From contig NMRA01000062.1 in assembly GCA_002633005.1 (NCBI GenBank), positions 1-64,000 on the forward strand: a stretch of 64,000 bases of DNA. The letters are read 5' to 3'. Both the position numbers and the translations under genes were made by a program. This document shows, piece after piece, positions 22,989 through 38,300 of the stretch. Below the pieces are notes generated by a model, which was given only the letters and a program-made list of their open reading frames with translations, was not told where the DNA came from and searched no databases. The DNA comes from Phoronis australis. Taxonomy: Eukaryota > Animalia > Phoronida. Each line of letters begins with the position of its first letter. Position 1 is the stretch's first letter.

Positions 22989-23702
22989 GTATTTCACCGT
23001 TGTGTGAACAGGCAACAGTGGAACAGGTGTACTACATCTCCTTGTCAAATATTTTAGTAAACTCCTTACATCCTGGAATTTGCCCTCAGCCACGTTCTGG
23101 CTGGGTTTTGGATCCACCGTCACCAGGCCGGCACCCTCTCCATCCACCACCTGGTAGCCTTATAATCATCTCAGGGTTTCTTAGGTCTCGGATTGGTTGG
23201 GTGCCACTGTAGAGAATTTCACTCTACTGGGATTTGAAACGGNTGTGAGTATTTAACGCTGCAGGTAAGAGCATAATCTAAACATTTTCTCGATGATCTA
23301 AAAAATCTATTTTGGCGCGTAAAAATGGCGGGAAAATTTTGCGACCTGGCATTTAGGAATGCGAGCTGGATTTTGAAAATGCGACCTGGGATTTTGGCTA
23401 GGTCGCAAAATGCGACCTGGCGATTTTAATAGCGTCGAGCCCTGGTATTTCATCGTTGTGTGAACAGACAACGATGAACTACAGGTGTACTACATCTACG
23501 TGTCAAAAGATTTTAGCAAAACTCCTTACATCCTGGAATTTGCCCTCAGCCACGTTCTGGCTGGGTTTTTGGATCCACCGTCACCAGGCCGGCACCCTCT
23601 CCATCCACCACCTGGTAGCCTTATAATCATCTCAGGGTTTCTTGGGTCTCGGATTGGTTGGGTGCCACTGTAGAGAATTTCACTCTACTGGGATTTGAAA
23701 CG
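22989..23702. other. ~255-bp duplication flanking an N at 23243; the second copy is preceded by the right end of a hAT-like MITE (...GTCGAGCCCTG at 23444)
   Basis: 22989-23242 resembles 23445-23702 with several substitutions; GCGACCTGG subterminal repeats at 23340-23420. Confidence 0.75.
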
Positions 23703-25420
23703 GGTATCTTCGGCAAGTTTGTCAAGTTTCTAAATCCATCGCCCAATAAGCAATTGTCTGTTGGCCACTGGTTTAGTAGCAAAACAGCTGACGCAAGTGG
23801 AAGTCACGTGATATTACAATGGCGTGTTCAACATCTTTTCAAATCAGCCCATTTTGTAACTTCTCTAAATTCTTTGGATTTTCTGATAAAATTTTCATGC
23901 CATAATAAAACATTTTCTTGGGGATTTTAGTTGAAAATTGTTCAATAGGTAAAATATTGCAAGTGTTGTATGCGTCAAGTGCAAACTGTTTGCATCCTAG
24001 GCTAAGATAGAATTCAATGTATAGGTTTGATTGCTAAAATTAGTAATGGTGTTGATTGTGAGTACGTTGTTGCTACCTGTCTCTTAAAGTAAGCAACGAC
24101 TGCTAATCGCCGCTAGGTGGCGCCAGCAAAGGTGCTAGTTCATCCTTGTCCCGCTAGTACCATGCAAGGGTTTTGGCAAATTAAGTGTCACTCTAGCTAA
24201 TTCTCCTTAGGAGATCATCGATGTTTTTGAATCCTTCCTACTGTTGAAAATACTTTGGTATTTGTTGCTGACACCAGACACAAACTTTGGTAAAGACAAT
24301 CAAATAATGCGTGCCGCTCTGGCTTACTTGGGGTCTTTTGGTAAGCGTAGAACCCTGACTAGGTTGTCTGTTTATAGAACGCGTTGCTGGTGAGCTGTCC
24401 AGTTTGTGTGAGGAGATTTGTCTGTCGTGTATGTGACTTTGCAGATCACAATATAAAAATTTTAATCTTGGGCCTATCCCTTTAAATTGACATTGCGGAC
24501 ATGTTACATCTAGGTCTAACTCTCTGGTGAATGAAGAATGTTGTTGGACTATCTACATTTTTAGTTAAATAAATCACAGGAAGGTGATGTATATAAAAGA
24601 GTGGCCATTAATTTTTGTACAGAGCAGTTCCTTGCTATATTTTGCCACTCGGTCCTGTACTTATAGTTGTGTAGGGAAATGCCCTGTTGACACTTTGCTG
24701 TAATTTACTTTTTGGCCCGCGCTTGGCTTCGTGTCCTGATATTCAGTTTTATCAATTCAAACGCCTTGGTCATAAACCCAAATGTTTTGTGGGAACCAGT
24801 CATCCAGTGAGTAGTGTCTGTCCAGTTGTAATAATATCTGAATTCTTATGATAATGGTGGTTGTGGGGTTGTTTTTTGTGAAGAACTTTCGTTAGTCCAC
24901 CAAGAGGACAGGGTACATATCGGTCCAGGCTAAGGGATGAAGTGTTCTCTGACATAGCTCTGTCCTACATCTTAAAACGTAAATATTAAATCACTGTTCA
25001 AATTCTTGAAGCTCAACCAAGAAGTTAACAATATCAGACAGTTTTGAAGCAAATTCAAAACAATTTGATGAAGCATTTTAATTGTACTGTTTGCTTCAAA
25101 TTGTTGCAACACTTGTAAGACCACAGGCATATTCCCCTCATATCTGGCACTTAGTTTGAACCATGTCAATGATTTTTATGAAGCTTGTCGGATAGATTAT
25201 GGGTAAATGTTTAAAATGGACAGAACTCTGGTAGTCATTTCTTACTTTGTGGAAACTGATACCTTTTTCGATTGTCTTTCCATTTCTGTCGGCAACTGAG
25301 GAAATTACATAGTTCTTCCAAGTTAGGTGATGGTGGCAAAAGTTATTGTCCAGAAATTATGGAAAATTACTCATTGATTGGACTTCGATACAAACATCAA
25401 CCTCACTGATGAGTGTTGTC

Positions 25421-25804
25421 CAGGGTTTCCTCTGGATGTGTCTAGGGTGTCCAGTTGGACACCTTGACCCAAATTTAGACACTTTAGATAGGAAGCCTTG
25501 TTCAGCATTTGTACTCCCAAGTAAAGTATTAGTAAGTGTATAAGTACGGTAGGCTGTTTTAACTAGATAGCAGCAGCCTTGGGAGCACATTGGCATGTCC
25601 AGAATGAAAACATTGGTTTATAAATGATATAACGTATGAAAAACGTTTGTTTAAAACTATGTCTCCATTGTGACATGCCACTCTTTAACAACCATTTTAC
25701 TCGATCTCATCAAAACGCTATCGTCCGTTATTGGGCTTGGATGCCCTACAAAATTGGGAAATCCATTTTAGACGCCCAATTTTTAAATCCTGTGTGAACG
25801 CCTG
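25421..25804. mobile_element. Diverged hAT-like MITE related to 55229-55677
   Basis: CAGGG...CGCCTG termini, GGGTGTCC/GGACACC subterminal motifs, imperfect 8-bp flanks GTGTTGTC and GTAGTGTC. Confidence 0.5.
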
Positions 25805-26203
25805 GTAGTGTCTGGTTTTATTTGGTATATCCTACTAGTTGACCACCTTGTGTACCTGTTCAAATTATAATTAGACCTATTAAAATTGACCAGCAGTAGA
25901 TCTGACTAGCGTCTCTAGATTGAGTAGACTAGGGCTTTTGAACTGTGGCATTTTTAGTATGTCCATAGACATTGACGGCCGGTGGACATGAGCAGTTAAT
26001 GTCCACCGGCTGCCAATCCTAATTCCTTTGTAGTGTACCAGACTGTTGTCTGTTCTATTTCAGCCGTCATAATGGTGGAGACAGTTTCATAACGTCATCG
26101 TTCCGTGACAGCTTCTTCCGCGTGCTGTCTCCTCACCATCTTGGTGTTTCACAGTCTTATTACTGCCTGCCTCTGATTTACCGTCGTGACGACGCGCGCA
26201 ACC

Positions 26204-26380
26204 ATGGCGACCCTTGACGATTTCATTGGCAGCGTGGTAACCCAGGATAACCACAAACGACTGAACGTGTACTCCAAGTTGGTAGCGCACCTTAGTGATC
26301 CGGCCAGCTCACTGCACTGTGACGAGACTGACCGATTCATAGATGGCGTTACCGGGTGGATCAACAGTAGCAGTCAGAAG
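26204..26380 (+). CDS. CLASP1: CLASP first coding exon (exon begins 26064)
   Basis: ACCATGG; MATLDDFIGSVVTQDNHKRL...GWINSSSQK; donor GTTAGT. Confidence 0.92.
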
Positions 26381-29300
26381 GTTAGTCTTGTCTCGTTGTT
26401 TCTGAGATATAGTGGTACGGTGTTTGACATTGCAACTTAGTAATTTTTGAGACCTATGTTCTCTTTTGGAAATGGTTACATTCAGTGGCACAGCTATGTT
26501 AATTGCTGACCGCGGTGGAATGTCTGTGTCAGTTAGGAAGTAATTATGAGTTGTACACTTGAACATGTGAACCAATACTTTTCCTGCTTTGATACGTGTG
26601 CTGGACGACTTCCTTCCATCACACCCACCTTGATACTAGCCACAGTTTTGGTCATTTAGATGTGGGGCTGATCGGGGATGACCTCTGCTGAGGCAGCTTT
26701 TCATTTGGACACAGTTATTTTAAGCAGGCGAACAGTGTACTGCATATGCGGATGATAACTGATGCAAAATGCTTATAATAGCAGAATGGCGAATATTTGA
26801 TCACAAATTTTTGATCCAACACAATGATATGCTTTTGATAACAGCGACGACTTTTGATATCTGCGATGACATCGCAGTTGAGCATTCCGAGAGCAGAGAC
26901 GCTCTGTAGTTGGGGTTTTAATGTGGAGTTAATTCCACGAGCGCGCGATACCCTAAACACTGAAGCCATTTACAGGCTGTGAGCAAACTATTCAGAGTTT
27001 AATCATACCAAAACCCGCATGTTTTCTGCTCAAGTGAAAAGGTAGTAGCACTTGAACTTTGCACTTTGTACTCCCCTTTCATTTTAACCTTTTTCATTAT
27101 ATCAATACATAAGTCCTTAGACATTGTACATGCTGTATTTTGAGTTTTTCATGATGGCCTATAAACAATTGGCATTGTGTCATTTTTGTTACTGAGAAAC
27201 TGGCACTCATGTGAACCTAGTAGTAAGATTTGAGAAAGTTCCATGTGTGTTCATTTGGCGTTGTCCCGGTGCATCTCTGTATGGGGACATTTTTAACAAA
27301 CGTGTGCTGCATTCCAATTCCAATTGAACCACTGCTGACGTGACTCTCTTCATATTCTGTGCGTGTGACATGATTCTGATACATACAATCTCCAGATTGT
27401 TGGAGCATGTTTTATAGTCTTATCAGAATCTGAAGTGATCTCAACTGTCATTATTTGGGTCAAGTCCAGGCATTTAAAGGTTTTTCTTTTTCTTATCAGT
27501 AGAATGAGAAAGTTTTTTTTTTAATTCTGTTACTGAAATCCCATGTGCTGTTGGTGGACATAGTATGAGTTCTGCTGTGGTGCGTGTTGTTTCGAAAATT
27601 TTTATACAATGTAGCTGTGTTTTTTTAATTTCTTAGAAATTTAATTTTGTCACCTTCTGGTGTCTGAATACTTCTTTTTGCCTTAGTATAGCCTGACGCT
27701 TGCTGAATGAGTCGGGAACTTTCCTTTTCCCAGCTGAAATGGGTCGGGATACTTCTTTCTCCCTTAGCATAGTCTGACGTTAGCTGAATGAGTCGGGAGT
27801 TATCCTTTTCCCAGCTGAAGTGGGTCGGCATCGTTCTTTTTTCACCCAGGATCCTGTGATACCTGCTGTGAGGCGCTGGGTTTGCATGCACCGATCCAAC
27901 GAACCCGATGTCTCAGTCATCCTCTATATATCTTTATATGTACGGATGGTAGTCAGCCTGAACTGCAACATATAAACACGTACATTGGTGAACTCTGCAG
28001 AGTAGTCACTTAGACACAAGTTACTCCTCTTTTTGGAGTCATAGTTTACATAAATGGGAATTCCCTAACTGCTTATTAACTTATGCAGAGAAGGGTTTCA
28101 CTTGAAGTTACGTAAGACCCTACAAAAATGTCTAAATTTAATTTGGCTAACTTTAGATCATGGTATCTCTGCAACTGCTGATCGGGCTGGCATGAAGCTG
28201 TTGGATAGTACTATGCTTTATGCGCTGTGGTGTACATGTACCTTTTTCTGTAGTTTCGTTGCTTTTTGGCTGCGTGTACAGAACTGTGCTCTTACATGAC
28301 CTTAAATTCTTAGGTCTGATTTCAGAGAAAGCATTGCAAACTAATAAGTATGGTGAAATGTATCTTCCACACGTTTGTGCAAGCACAGTGTACACATTCT
28401 GTTTTTATAGTTAAACGTCGCCCAGATTCCATTTCTAGGTTCTTCTCGATGCCACAGACATAATTTATTGATTTCCTGATAATTAGTTCTGTACCAGCTC
28501 TAAGTCTCATTCCTCTGTGGTTTGATTGTGGCACAATTTGGAATTCTTATTTTCCACTTTTAGAGAAAATGTTTTTCTTTGTTTAACTTCAGTGAATTAG
28601 ATTTTTTCATGCACTTAATGTGGTTGATAGCTGTGTCATCTGAGACCTAGGTAGACTGCACCTTGTCTTCCCAAGATTATTTGTTGTGATGGTGATCGGG
28701 AGGTAGAATTTTCCCCTCACCCCCAAAACTCCCCTCTTAGAAGGCACAGGCACCTTCCCCTCGGATGAACGAGGGCCCTGAATGCTCTTGAATTTAACTT
28801 GAGAAAAGTTCGTATTCTCTGAAAGCAGAAAGGTTGTAGAATTTGCTGTCTGACATTTGTCCCAATCTGTCCTTGCTTGGGTTATACTACAGTGTCTTTT
28901 TTAGTGAAGTTTAGCAAAAAATATAGATACATTAAAGTAAAACAGCCCTATAAAGACCAATCTCTGTTGAATACAAATTTTCAAGACTCATTTTCGACTT
29001 ACGCATGTTTTAATTTTTTGACAAAAACGATTATTTGGTTCTATTTTTGATAGTCTCTCATGCAAAAGTTGATCAATTTAAAAACAGTTCGTAATGACGT
29101 TTTGTGGAACAGTGCATAAATCATGGTATCTGAATGTTTCATATGAATCCAATGTGCCGTTTCTACGGTGTTATGTTCCAAAGTTGGCCAACGTTGGACA
29201 TTATTTAGGGTCCCAGTATGACTGAAAGCGAAAACCCCATAGATTATCTTCTCCAGCAGTCTAAATCTCTCAGTGCACTAAGTCCATGGCATATCTAAAC

Positions 29301-32300
29301 CTCTCTCAACCACATCTGATGTGCACGCTTCTGGACTATTAATGGATCGATAAACTAGTCATTACTCAAACACTGTAGTTTATCTAGAGCTTTAAATGAA
29401 TTTGTTAACTGGCATGCGTCTATACTGATCTAGTCTCAAAATTCATGAGTCAATAATTTCGGTGATATTCTAGCTTTGTAACACGATCCTCTGTGTTGCG
29501 TGGGGTTTTGTCACATGTATTCATTCATCCTGGCAATCTGACTCATTCGACACCAGTTTTGTTACTTGTGTTAGTGAACAGTTCATTCATCCTGGCACTC
29601 TCACACACATTGACATCAGTAAGTTACATGTGCTAGTGAACAGTTCATTCATCCTAGCTAGCTGTCTGTACACTAACATCAGTTATCACAATGTTTGTTG
29701 CAGCAGACCTATCCACACTTTTCACTAGGTGTCATGTGCTCCCTCTGTAATCTTTAATCACCCCCACTTCATTACTTTCCTTCAGTACTGCAATATCCAT
29801 TTTCTGATGTAGCTGCAGCATAATGAAACATGTGAAGTATGTTGATACAGAATTGTGTGGACATCACTTAGTGCTCTTGTAGAGGAATTTAATGCAGAGA
29901 GAATTCCCAGTGGTTATTATAAATTATCCGGCGTTCATCGTTCCGTCAAATTACCTCTGTCGCGCAGTGGAAAAATGAAGTGATTTGAACGAAAATATCC
30001 AACATCTCAAAATGTCTGAGTGTAAGAAACAGCAGTTCATGTTGTATGTCAATGCTCACAATTCAACACCACACTGTGACTGCTCAAGCAAGATAAACAG
30101 TCACACCAGCCATGAAAATAAATTTGTCAATGAATGGCTTGGCATTCACAAGTCCATGTTGCTGTAGGCTTGTAATTTGATACTTGCATTGTTGTTTTCA
30201 ATTTAAAACATAGGGTAAAGTCTCATGAATTTAAGACACACTGTGGCCAACGAGTGAAGTTCTGTTTTATCATTAAATTTCTTAACAGACAAATGCAGTA
30301 ATGTCCCAACAGTTTTGGACAAAATCATTGTCAAAATTCTATCATTGTTGAGAATGTTCACAGTTTTTGAAAGTGTTGTCTGGTGGTAGCTGTGGTGCTG
30401 AATTTGAACATGGTTAAGCAATAATGTGGTGGTTCATATCTTTGATGGAAAACATGATCAAATAAAATTCCACTTTACTACCACATTGTGTCCTAAATTG
30501 ATGAGGTTTTACTGTAATACCAAATAATTTTTTGTCATTTTTAATTTCTATACCATAACTACCACCAAACAGCATTTTGAGAAATTGTGGACGTTCTCAA
30601 CAACCCAAGAAGTCTTTGAAAAATGAGAAATGATCAATTTTGACAATTCTTTTTGCCCAGAGTTGTTATGATTTTACCATGCTGTGAAAGTGAAAGTTTA
30701 TTTTTTCTTAAATTCTGCAACTTTGTCAATGTGTTCTGTTTTGTCATTTGTACCAATAAATAAAGTTACTATTTAAAGCGGGGGAGGGGGGAGGGGTGGG
30801 GGGGTTGCAATGATTAAGAAAAGTCAGTTAAAGCACTGGAACAGTGCGTAATAGATAAATCCTGTGATTAAATTTGAAACTGCTGTGTAGAACTGCATTA
30901 GTTTATTGGTCTACTGGTATGCCTGTCTTAGGCCCTCCGTATTACCTGGCAGTTGAGGCATTTCACCTGATATCCCTCTGATAAACTAGGGGTGGTACTT
31001 GGCATGTTGTGACCCCCGCCCTGATTTACTGTCCTGGTCACTGTCAACTTGAGGTGTTTGGAATGAAATAGCCCTGTACGTAAGATGATCATGGATTTGT
31101 TGCCAGGCTGTTTGCTGGAAATGTTTGTATTATTTTTGGATTTGTATTGTACTTGCACTTTCTTCACAGTTCATTTTACTTCAGTCCCCTGTGTGCATTA
31201 GGTATTCATGTCATCAGTTTAGTTCCCTGTGTGCATTAGGTATTCATGTCATCAGTTTAATCTTGTCTAGTGCTTGTGATGGCTGAGTGTACTCCTTAAA
31301 ATTCCTTCATCCCAATGTTGGCAGTCCATGGTTTCAAGAAGTCAGGGAAAATAGAGAGGTTGTACATCACAACAACTGAAGCTTCACGGAACATTTTGCA
31401 ATGTCTGTTTTGTTATCAAAGAAGTAGTAATAGGTTATGCTGTAAGTAGCACTTTGTGTATTAGGACGCTATGCCTTCTCAGTCCATGATAAGTACTGGC
31501 TCTGTCATTCACCAACACACATCGAAAGCCCTTTCATTCTGACTTATCTCTGCTATGAGCAAAGAGTCAAGGGGTGAACTGCGAAGCTAATTAAATCATT
31601 TATACCAGCCTCAGTAGTTACCTGCATTGAATAAACTTTATGTGACGTTGTCGTTATCGAAGTAATCGCAAGATAGCACTGATACATCCGGCACATGCTA
31701 ACATCTTTTTATGTGACAATTTGAGAACATTTACGTGTGGTAACTGACACAAAACTAATTTCTAATTCGATTGGTGATTATTTAAGCAAAATATAAGCAA
31801 CTTTTAGCGACGACGCTGCCCTTTAATTGTTGACCATAGCAGTGGCCCATGGTGATAACTTCGATGATACTGAAGTTGACCGTTCATACAACATCGCAGC
31901 ATCGACGCTCCGCTGTTAAATCCATCTGTTTACTGCGAAGTTAACTGGTGCTGTCAACTTCGATTCAGGACCACAACTCCACAAAACATGGCCATGTCGC
32001 CGTTAGTATGAAAGGGCATCGAACATATTGTGAACAGTTGTCTTGTCACAAGGAAAACTTGCCTCTATCATTCACTAAGGGCCAATGCACATGGAAAGCT
32101 AAGGGCTGAGCTTTGCGCCTGAAGTGAAATTTACCTTACACCATGTTACTTGCATGCAGCGAGGTGAAATGCTCTCTGAAGTATAAACTATGTTCATAGC
32201 AAACAACGTAAATGTAGTGCATACAGTTACAGTGAGCAAGGGAGAGAGGTTTGTTGTTGTCAGGTGATACAATAATAGATTATCATTGGCTACCTGCTGT

Positions 32301-35300
32301 TACTGGCTTAGCACGTAGCTCGCCTTCATGCTGTGACGATTTACGCTCACAACACAGAAATCCAGCAAGTGAGACATTCGCCTCGCCGCTTTGTGAGGCA
32401 TGAGTTTCGAGCTGAGCTCATTTGCATTTGAGGCACATATAGCTTTCCGTGTGTGCTGGCCCTAAATGCTTGTCACTTCTCTTGTTAACGCGTGTCCAAC
32501 CTTCTCTTGCAGATCTCCCTCTATGGCCTGGAAGTGATGTGTCTATTGGTCAGTCGCATGGGCGAAGGATTCAACAAGAGTGTCAGTACAGGTGAGAGGT
32601 TATAAGGTCATGGGTCGTGTGGTAGAACCTGGAGTGTTTTCAGTTGGGCTAGTGTTCAGCGAGTTTTGTCAGTTTAAACAATCATGGCAAGGTAGAGCCT
32701 TGCATCACATACGAGGTTTTGCTTCACTAAGTAGGGAATGCAATGGTCAAAATGCCTTCTTGTCTTTAAATTGAGTTAATCTAGCTGTTGTTAAGGATCA
32801 AATTATATTCAGCCATTTAAAGTTATGTGTAGGAGTGTGTAGCCCACGAACTATGTCCGTTGGCTATGTTTCAGTTCTGAATTTTCTCTTAAGTATTTCA
32901 CCAGAGATACACGTCCCCAGCGTTAGCCTGTCACTCATTAATCACCTAGGTAGTCCACCTGTACCCAGGTATTCCCAGGTACTAATGGGCCACCCTTCAC
33001 CTGACCCAAATACTTACCATTCCCCTACCTGTTGTTGGGCGATTTAGGTTGTTGTAACAGTATCCAGTTACATTGTGTTTCATGTTTGATGATCAGATTT
33101 CTATAGGACTAGTGCAGTGCATGAAATGGGATGTTCTTTAGACCCAGTCACCCGAAACTGTTGTTTGAATTACCTGGATCATTTCTCGTGGAAAACTGCA
33201 TTGACAAACAATCAGCTGTTTAATTGCCGCACTTGTTATCACTGATTTAATTTTGTGAATAAAATACTTAAAAAAAAAAACAATATGTTGATTCCCTCAT
33301 GTCTGTCTGTAAGCATTTGTTTTCTGTGATGCCAAAAAGAGTCGAGCCAGGAAGACTATTGACAATAGAAACACTAAACAGTTGTATTCGTGTCTCACAC
33401 GGGTCTCTTGATTTCTTTGTTAGTAAAACTGGACATGGGCCATTTTTTATGTTTTAAGAAATTGACTTTGTGAATACAATTGACTTTGTAAAGGATACTG
33501 ACTTGGTGGTTACATGTTGAAACAGTTAAATATTTGTTATAAGTAGCTCTGTACAGGAGGGGTGTTGGAGTAAACTGTGAAGTTAGTTGAGCTGTCCTTG
33601 CTAGTGTACAGGTGTCAGAGTTATCACATGGTATTCATGTTATCAAATGGTATTCACGTTATCACAAGATGGTGCTCCAAAATGTTGGTATTTTCAAATA
33701 TAAAGAATCGTTTATATGTCCGGATAATAAATAAAACGAATTACTAAAGCTGGCAGAATAGTGAATATTTGAATATAATACCAAAACTCATTGCTGTTAT
33801 TGACTGCAAAACTTGCGGATAACTCCAACGACCGTCGAAATTAACCATTGACACTGCAGTGAAGGATGGTATGCTATCCACCTGTCTTGGTATCAAAGCA
33901 GCTGTCTTTAGCCCAGGCCTAGTCAACCTGTGGGTACATCACCACATGGCACGCGACCAACACAAGAGAGACTAGCCGAAAATCAATTGTGCCTCGCAAA
34001 TACTCTATTTGGCAGTCTAATCTGGTAGACTAAATACTCTCGTAGGATACATTGGTTAATTAGCTAAAATAACCTTGCTGTGTTGTTCATCCTGAAGGAG
34101 TTTGATTGCAAATTGTGGATAGTTTCTTGTCTTGTGATATAAATAATCAATCAAGTTAATATCGTCAAGTCGTTTTAGATGGTTTCTTAGAAATGGTTTC
34201 CTTGTATCAGAGACTCCAAATTACATGCTAGAATGGTTGTTGCTTTACTTGTTTTCTCAAAAGTTATAAAAAGCTTGTGTTACTTGTAAATGTGAACACG
34301 GTGCCTCAGAATCTTAGCATAGTGACTCTGACTGTGATCTCATCAAGGTGCTGTTCTCAAGCATAGTTCTGAGTAATGGTGAATGCCTGAAAATGACTAA
34401 TAATATTTTTTTGCGTATAAGCATGCAAAACCCAGGGAAAGATTGCTGAAAACAAAAAAAAATCATTTTTAGTTGTATCGCAAGTTCAAACATTCAGTCA
34501 TTCTTGGCAACCATCACAGGCCAAAATTACAGCTTTTTTTTGGGAAAGTCACTCACAGAAAGTGAAATGAATTTTCTGTCCTGGAAAACTGACGGAAATG
34601 AAAATAACATAATACCATGGAAGCATCTTACTATGTAATTCCACCAGTCTTCACCTCATGGTGACCTTTGACCCGTGTCATTGTTGTCACTGTTGTAGAT
34701 GAATGGCCTTGATCAATCTTCGTCTAGTACTCCGCTATTGATCTCAATTTATTGATCGGTTGCAATTTCAATTCAGTGTCATTGATTGAATCCTGGTTTA
34801 TATGGCCTAAAGTGAACCGTAGTACAGAAAGCCATAACGGAATGATGCAGCTCTGGTGGTTCTCAAGTTGTTGTACACGTCTGCTTCTTTCTTGGTTCAC
34901 TATGACCAATCTTTATTGATGCATTGTCTGTTAAACTCAAAATACAGGTCCCTCAATGCCTTGATTATCCTATGAAAAATATTTGAAAATTGCGCGAGAT
35001 TCTCTCACTCGACCCAAAAAATTCATTGCAATGATTAAAAATTCCCATCAAGGTTGGAATTCATTCTACAAGATTATAGTTGTGGCTACTCGAAGCATTG
35101 CCGATAAGGGGTGACCATCTGGAGGTAGAATGGGGGGGGGGTGATTTTCCTCTCTTAGTGGGCATAGTTTGTTTTCTTCTCAGGCGAGCTGTGGCCGTGA
35201 AATAGGCACTATAACATTTTGATGTTGAGACTACTGCACTTTAAAAGATTATCATGATGTGTCTATATGGGGTGCTCCGCTATAGTGTTATTATCTTTTG

Positions 35301-38300
35301 AATACAAGGGTGTGAAGAGAAGCGCAATATTCACCAGGTGTCGCCGGTGAAACAGTGCAGTATCCACATAGGAACCTTATCTGAGGAAAATACAAAAATC
35401 CAATGAAAATATCGATTATTACCCCTAAAATTTGAAATTACTGTTAGTTGTCCACTTTCCCCACTGGAAAACCTGGCTAATTGACCATGTGACGTCATCA
35501 TGTGATCTTGTCCCCTTGAAATATAACCTAACTGTCTGGCCCTGTTTATGTTTTCAAGTTTTTTTACAGGAAGTCTTTGTTGTTTTCAGGTCTTTGGTGT
35601 TAGATTTCAATGCACTTGCCAACTACCCAGTGTGGTGGTGTTTTTGTAGCCAGTGATACAGGGTGCCATCTACAGGTTGTCGAAAGCATTCATTTGAACA
35701 CATCAATGTACATTTGAGTATTACTGACAAGAAATATATTTCAGATTTACAATACCAAATATTTTGCATCTTGGGTGATCTCTGTGACTAAGCGTGGTCA
35801 GTACATCACTGTATTTGTCATTGTTCACCAACCTCGAGTTTCTTTGGTCTCTTGCTGATCCTTATCTGGAAAAGTTGATAAGTTGGATTTGTCAAGATAG
35901 TCAAAAAATCTTAGATACATGTTGATATTTCCATTAATCTATACACTTAAATATTGTGTATTTACCATATCTCGTAGATGCTGTTGTTATCAGGTATGCA
36001 GGTTTTCTCTAGTAGTTGGAGGTGCACCTCGGTTAAAATTCCGTCTATTTGTACAAGTATAAAAATCTTACACGGTGCATGTTTACTGCAACAAGAATTT
36101 GTGAAATTTTGCACAAGTCATTCCAAAAAATTTGGGATTCGCAATTACTCTGGAACAAAGATGGCCGCCTCTTTGCTAACAAGGTTATGCAAGCTTAGTG
36201 TGGAGCTGTGAATATAGTGGACACAAACAGCCCAAACAAACTTTTCTTAAGGTTGTGTACTTAAGGTTGGTTGAACTCTTATCATTCAAGACCATTCAGG
36301 CTTGATGAGTTTAAGGAACTGATAAAAAGTTAAATATTCCGGGAGGGGGGAGATGAACCAAGTTAGAATATTTAGCTGATTTAAAGCCTTGGGTTTTTGC
36401 GGTCATTATTTATTCTCGTAAGTTTCATTTCCCTGAAATGATGCCATTTTTGTGAGTATGATTAAAGGAGACTCCATGAGATGTAGGTCATTTACTCCAT
36501 GCCTGCAGTCTTCATACTTCTAGAGCTTAGGTCTACTCAAGTTGAACTTCATTCCCCATTATGTTGATACATTGCGTCAAAGACGTTTTTCCATGGCTGT
36601 TTTTAGCAGTTGGTACATGATAGTTGGAAACAGGTTAGCACACTTGTGTCTATGGTGAAATATACCGACTTGATTGGATAGGTCTGTGAAAATCGATTAT
36701 CGCTGACTTAAGTACTATAATTTGTTTTAATTTAGACTTTCGCATAGAGCTGGCTAGTTGAATTGAACAAACTGGTGTGCAGTGCAATGCTGTGTTAAAC
36801 ATTCAGTGTCTGTTACAGTAAAAATTCTCCTATTTTGGACAGTCTGTGGAATTTGGTGCATGTAAACTCCCACAAAAATTGAATTTTCTTCATTTGTAAA
36901 TTTGGGACAAGCGCAATTTTGGCACTCTTCAGATTTCTCAAATTACGGACAATGTATTTCCACTCTACAGATTATGCGATCTTTCTGGTGATTCTCAAAT
37001 TTGGGACAAGCTCCAACCCTAAGCACAATAATGATTTTTCACTGTCCTGTAATATTTAGAAAGAAACTGTTTGAATCCGTTCCCCGTGTTATGTTGCACA
37101 CAGCCTCTAGTGAAGTCTCTGTGACTTCAGCCTAAGTTCAACTGTCTTCTGATACACCTCGAAAAGTTCAACTTCTTTAAACATTCCCAGTGATCAAAGG
37201 TGCTGGCTTTAATTTGATTTGTTCCACCAGAGACTAAACAGATTGAGAAAAATGCGAGTTGCTTTCTTTTGTCTGTTGGTGTACTCAACTGTCTGTTGGC
37301 ATGCATTGGTGTACTCTACCTTTTGAATAGTTTGCTGCCAAATTTTCTCCATCTGCTTGTAAGCAAAAAAGTTGAAAATGCCATACCAGTATTGAAACAG
37401 GATAATATGCTTGTTTGGGTTGAGAAGGTAGTATGAAACAGGCTCTTCCATAATGGTATAGCTAAAGTGCCTGCATGTTCAGGGCTGTGTATTTCACACA
37501 AACCTTGTCGATATCACATTTTGATCAGTATGTTTGCAAAGTAAGAAAACACGTATCCAGGTCGATGTAATGCTCCAATTGAATACCTGTCCTTGACGAG
37601 GGGTCCAAGAAATGTAATGTCCCAGTTCTATATAATCTCGGATGAACACGGCAGTCCCGGAAATTGCTGGCATCCTGCCAGATCACGATCCAGGATCATC
37701 TGTGCTTATTTTGGTGTTTACGATTGTCACGATGGACTAGTACGGCAGAAGTACAGACAGCTCTAGATGAACAAGGACCAACACCTGGACAGCTTGAGAT
37801 GAACACATATCATCCTGGATCTACACGGCAGTGACATGAACAGCTCGGATGGCCACGGACCAACACAGCGGCTACACAAACAACCCCCGATGTCACCATC
37901 TCCCTGGACTGTCACTTTTGGACAAGACAGTTTTGAACTTCCGTCTTGGCCTCCTGGAGTCTCAAGGACCTTGCATGACGTTCCAGGACCAATGAGGATC
38001 GCCACTGATCATCACCGTGGTTATGGGGTTCACACGCCAGATCCTGCCGGATATGATGCGTATTGATACTATGCAACTGCGACTGAAGATGGGTGGATGG
38101 ACTTGTGTCTACTGTTGATTGAGCACGTGTCATCGCAATAGGACCCACTTTATTAGAAAACCAAATAATAGATAATAACGAAATGAGATAAAGTTACCTG
38201 AAGGGGAGGCTATTTTTGACAATTGATTGACATGTGTCTGCTTGTCATTGCAGTATTGCCTACCATGCTAAATCGACTAAGAGTTAATAAGGATGAAGTG

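Noticed and set aside
37560-38200. Solo LTR or separate small gene
   Set aside because: Composition looks repeat-like, but no TG...CA boundaries, TSD or homologous ORF could be established.
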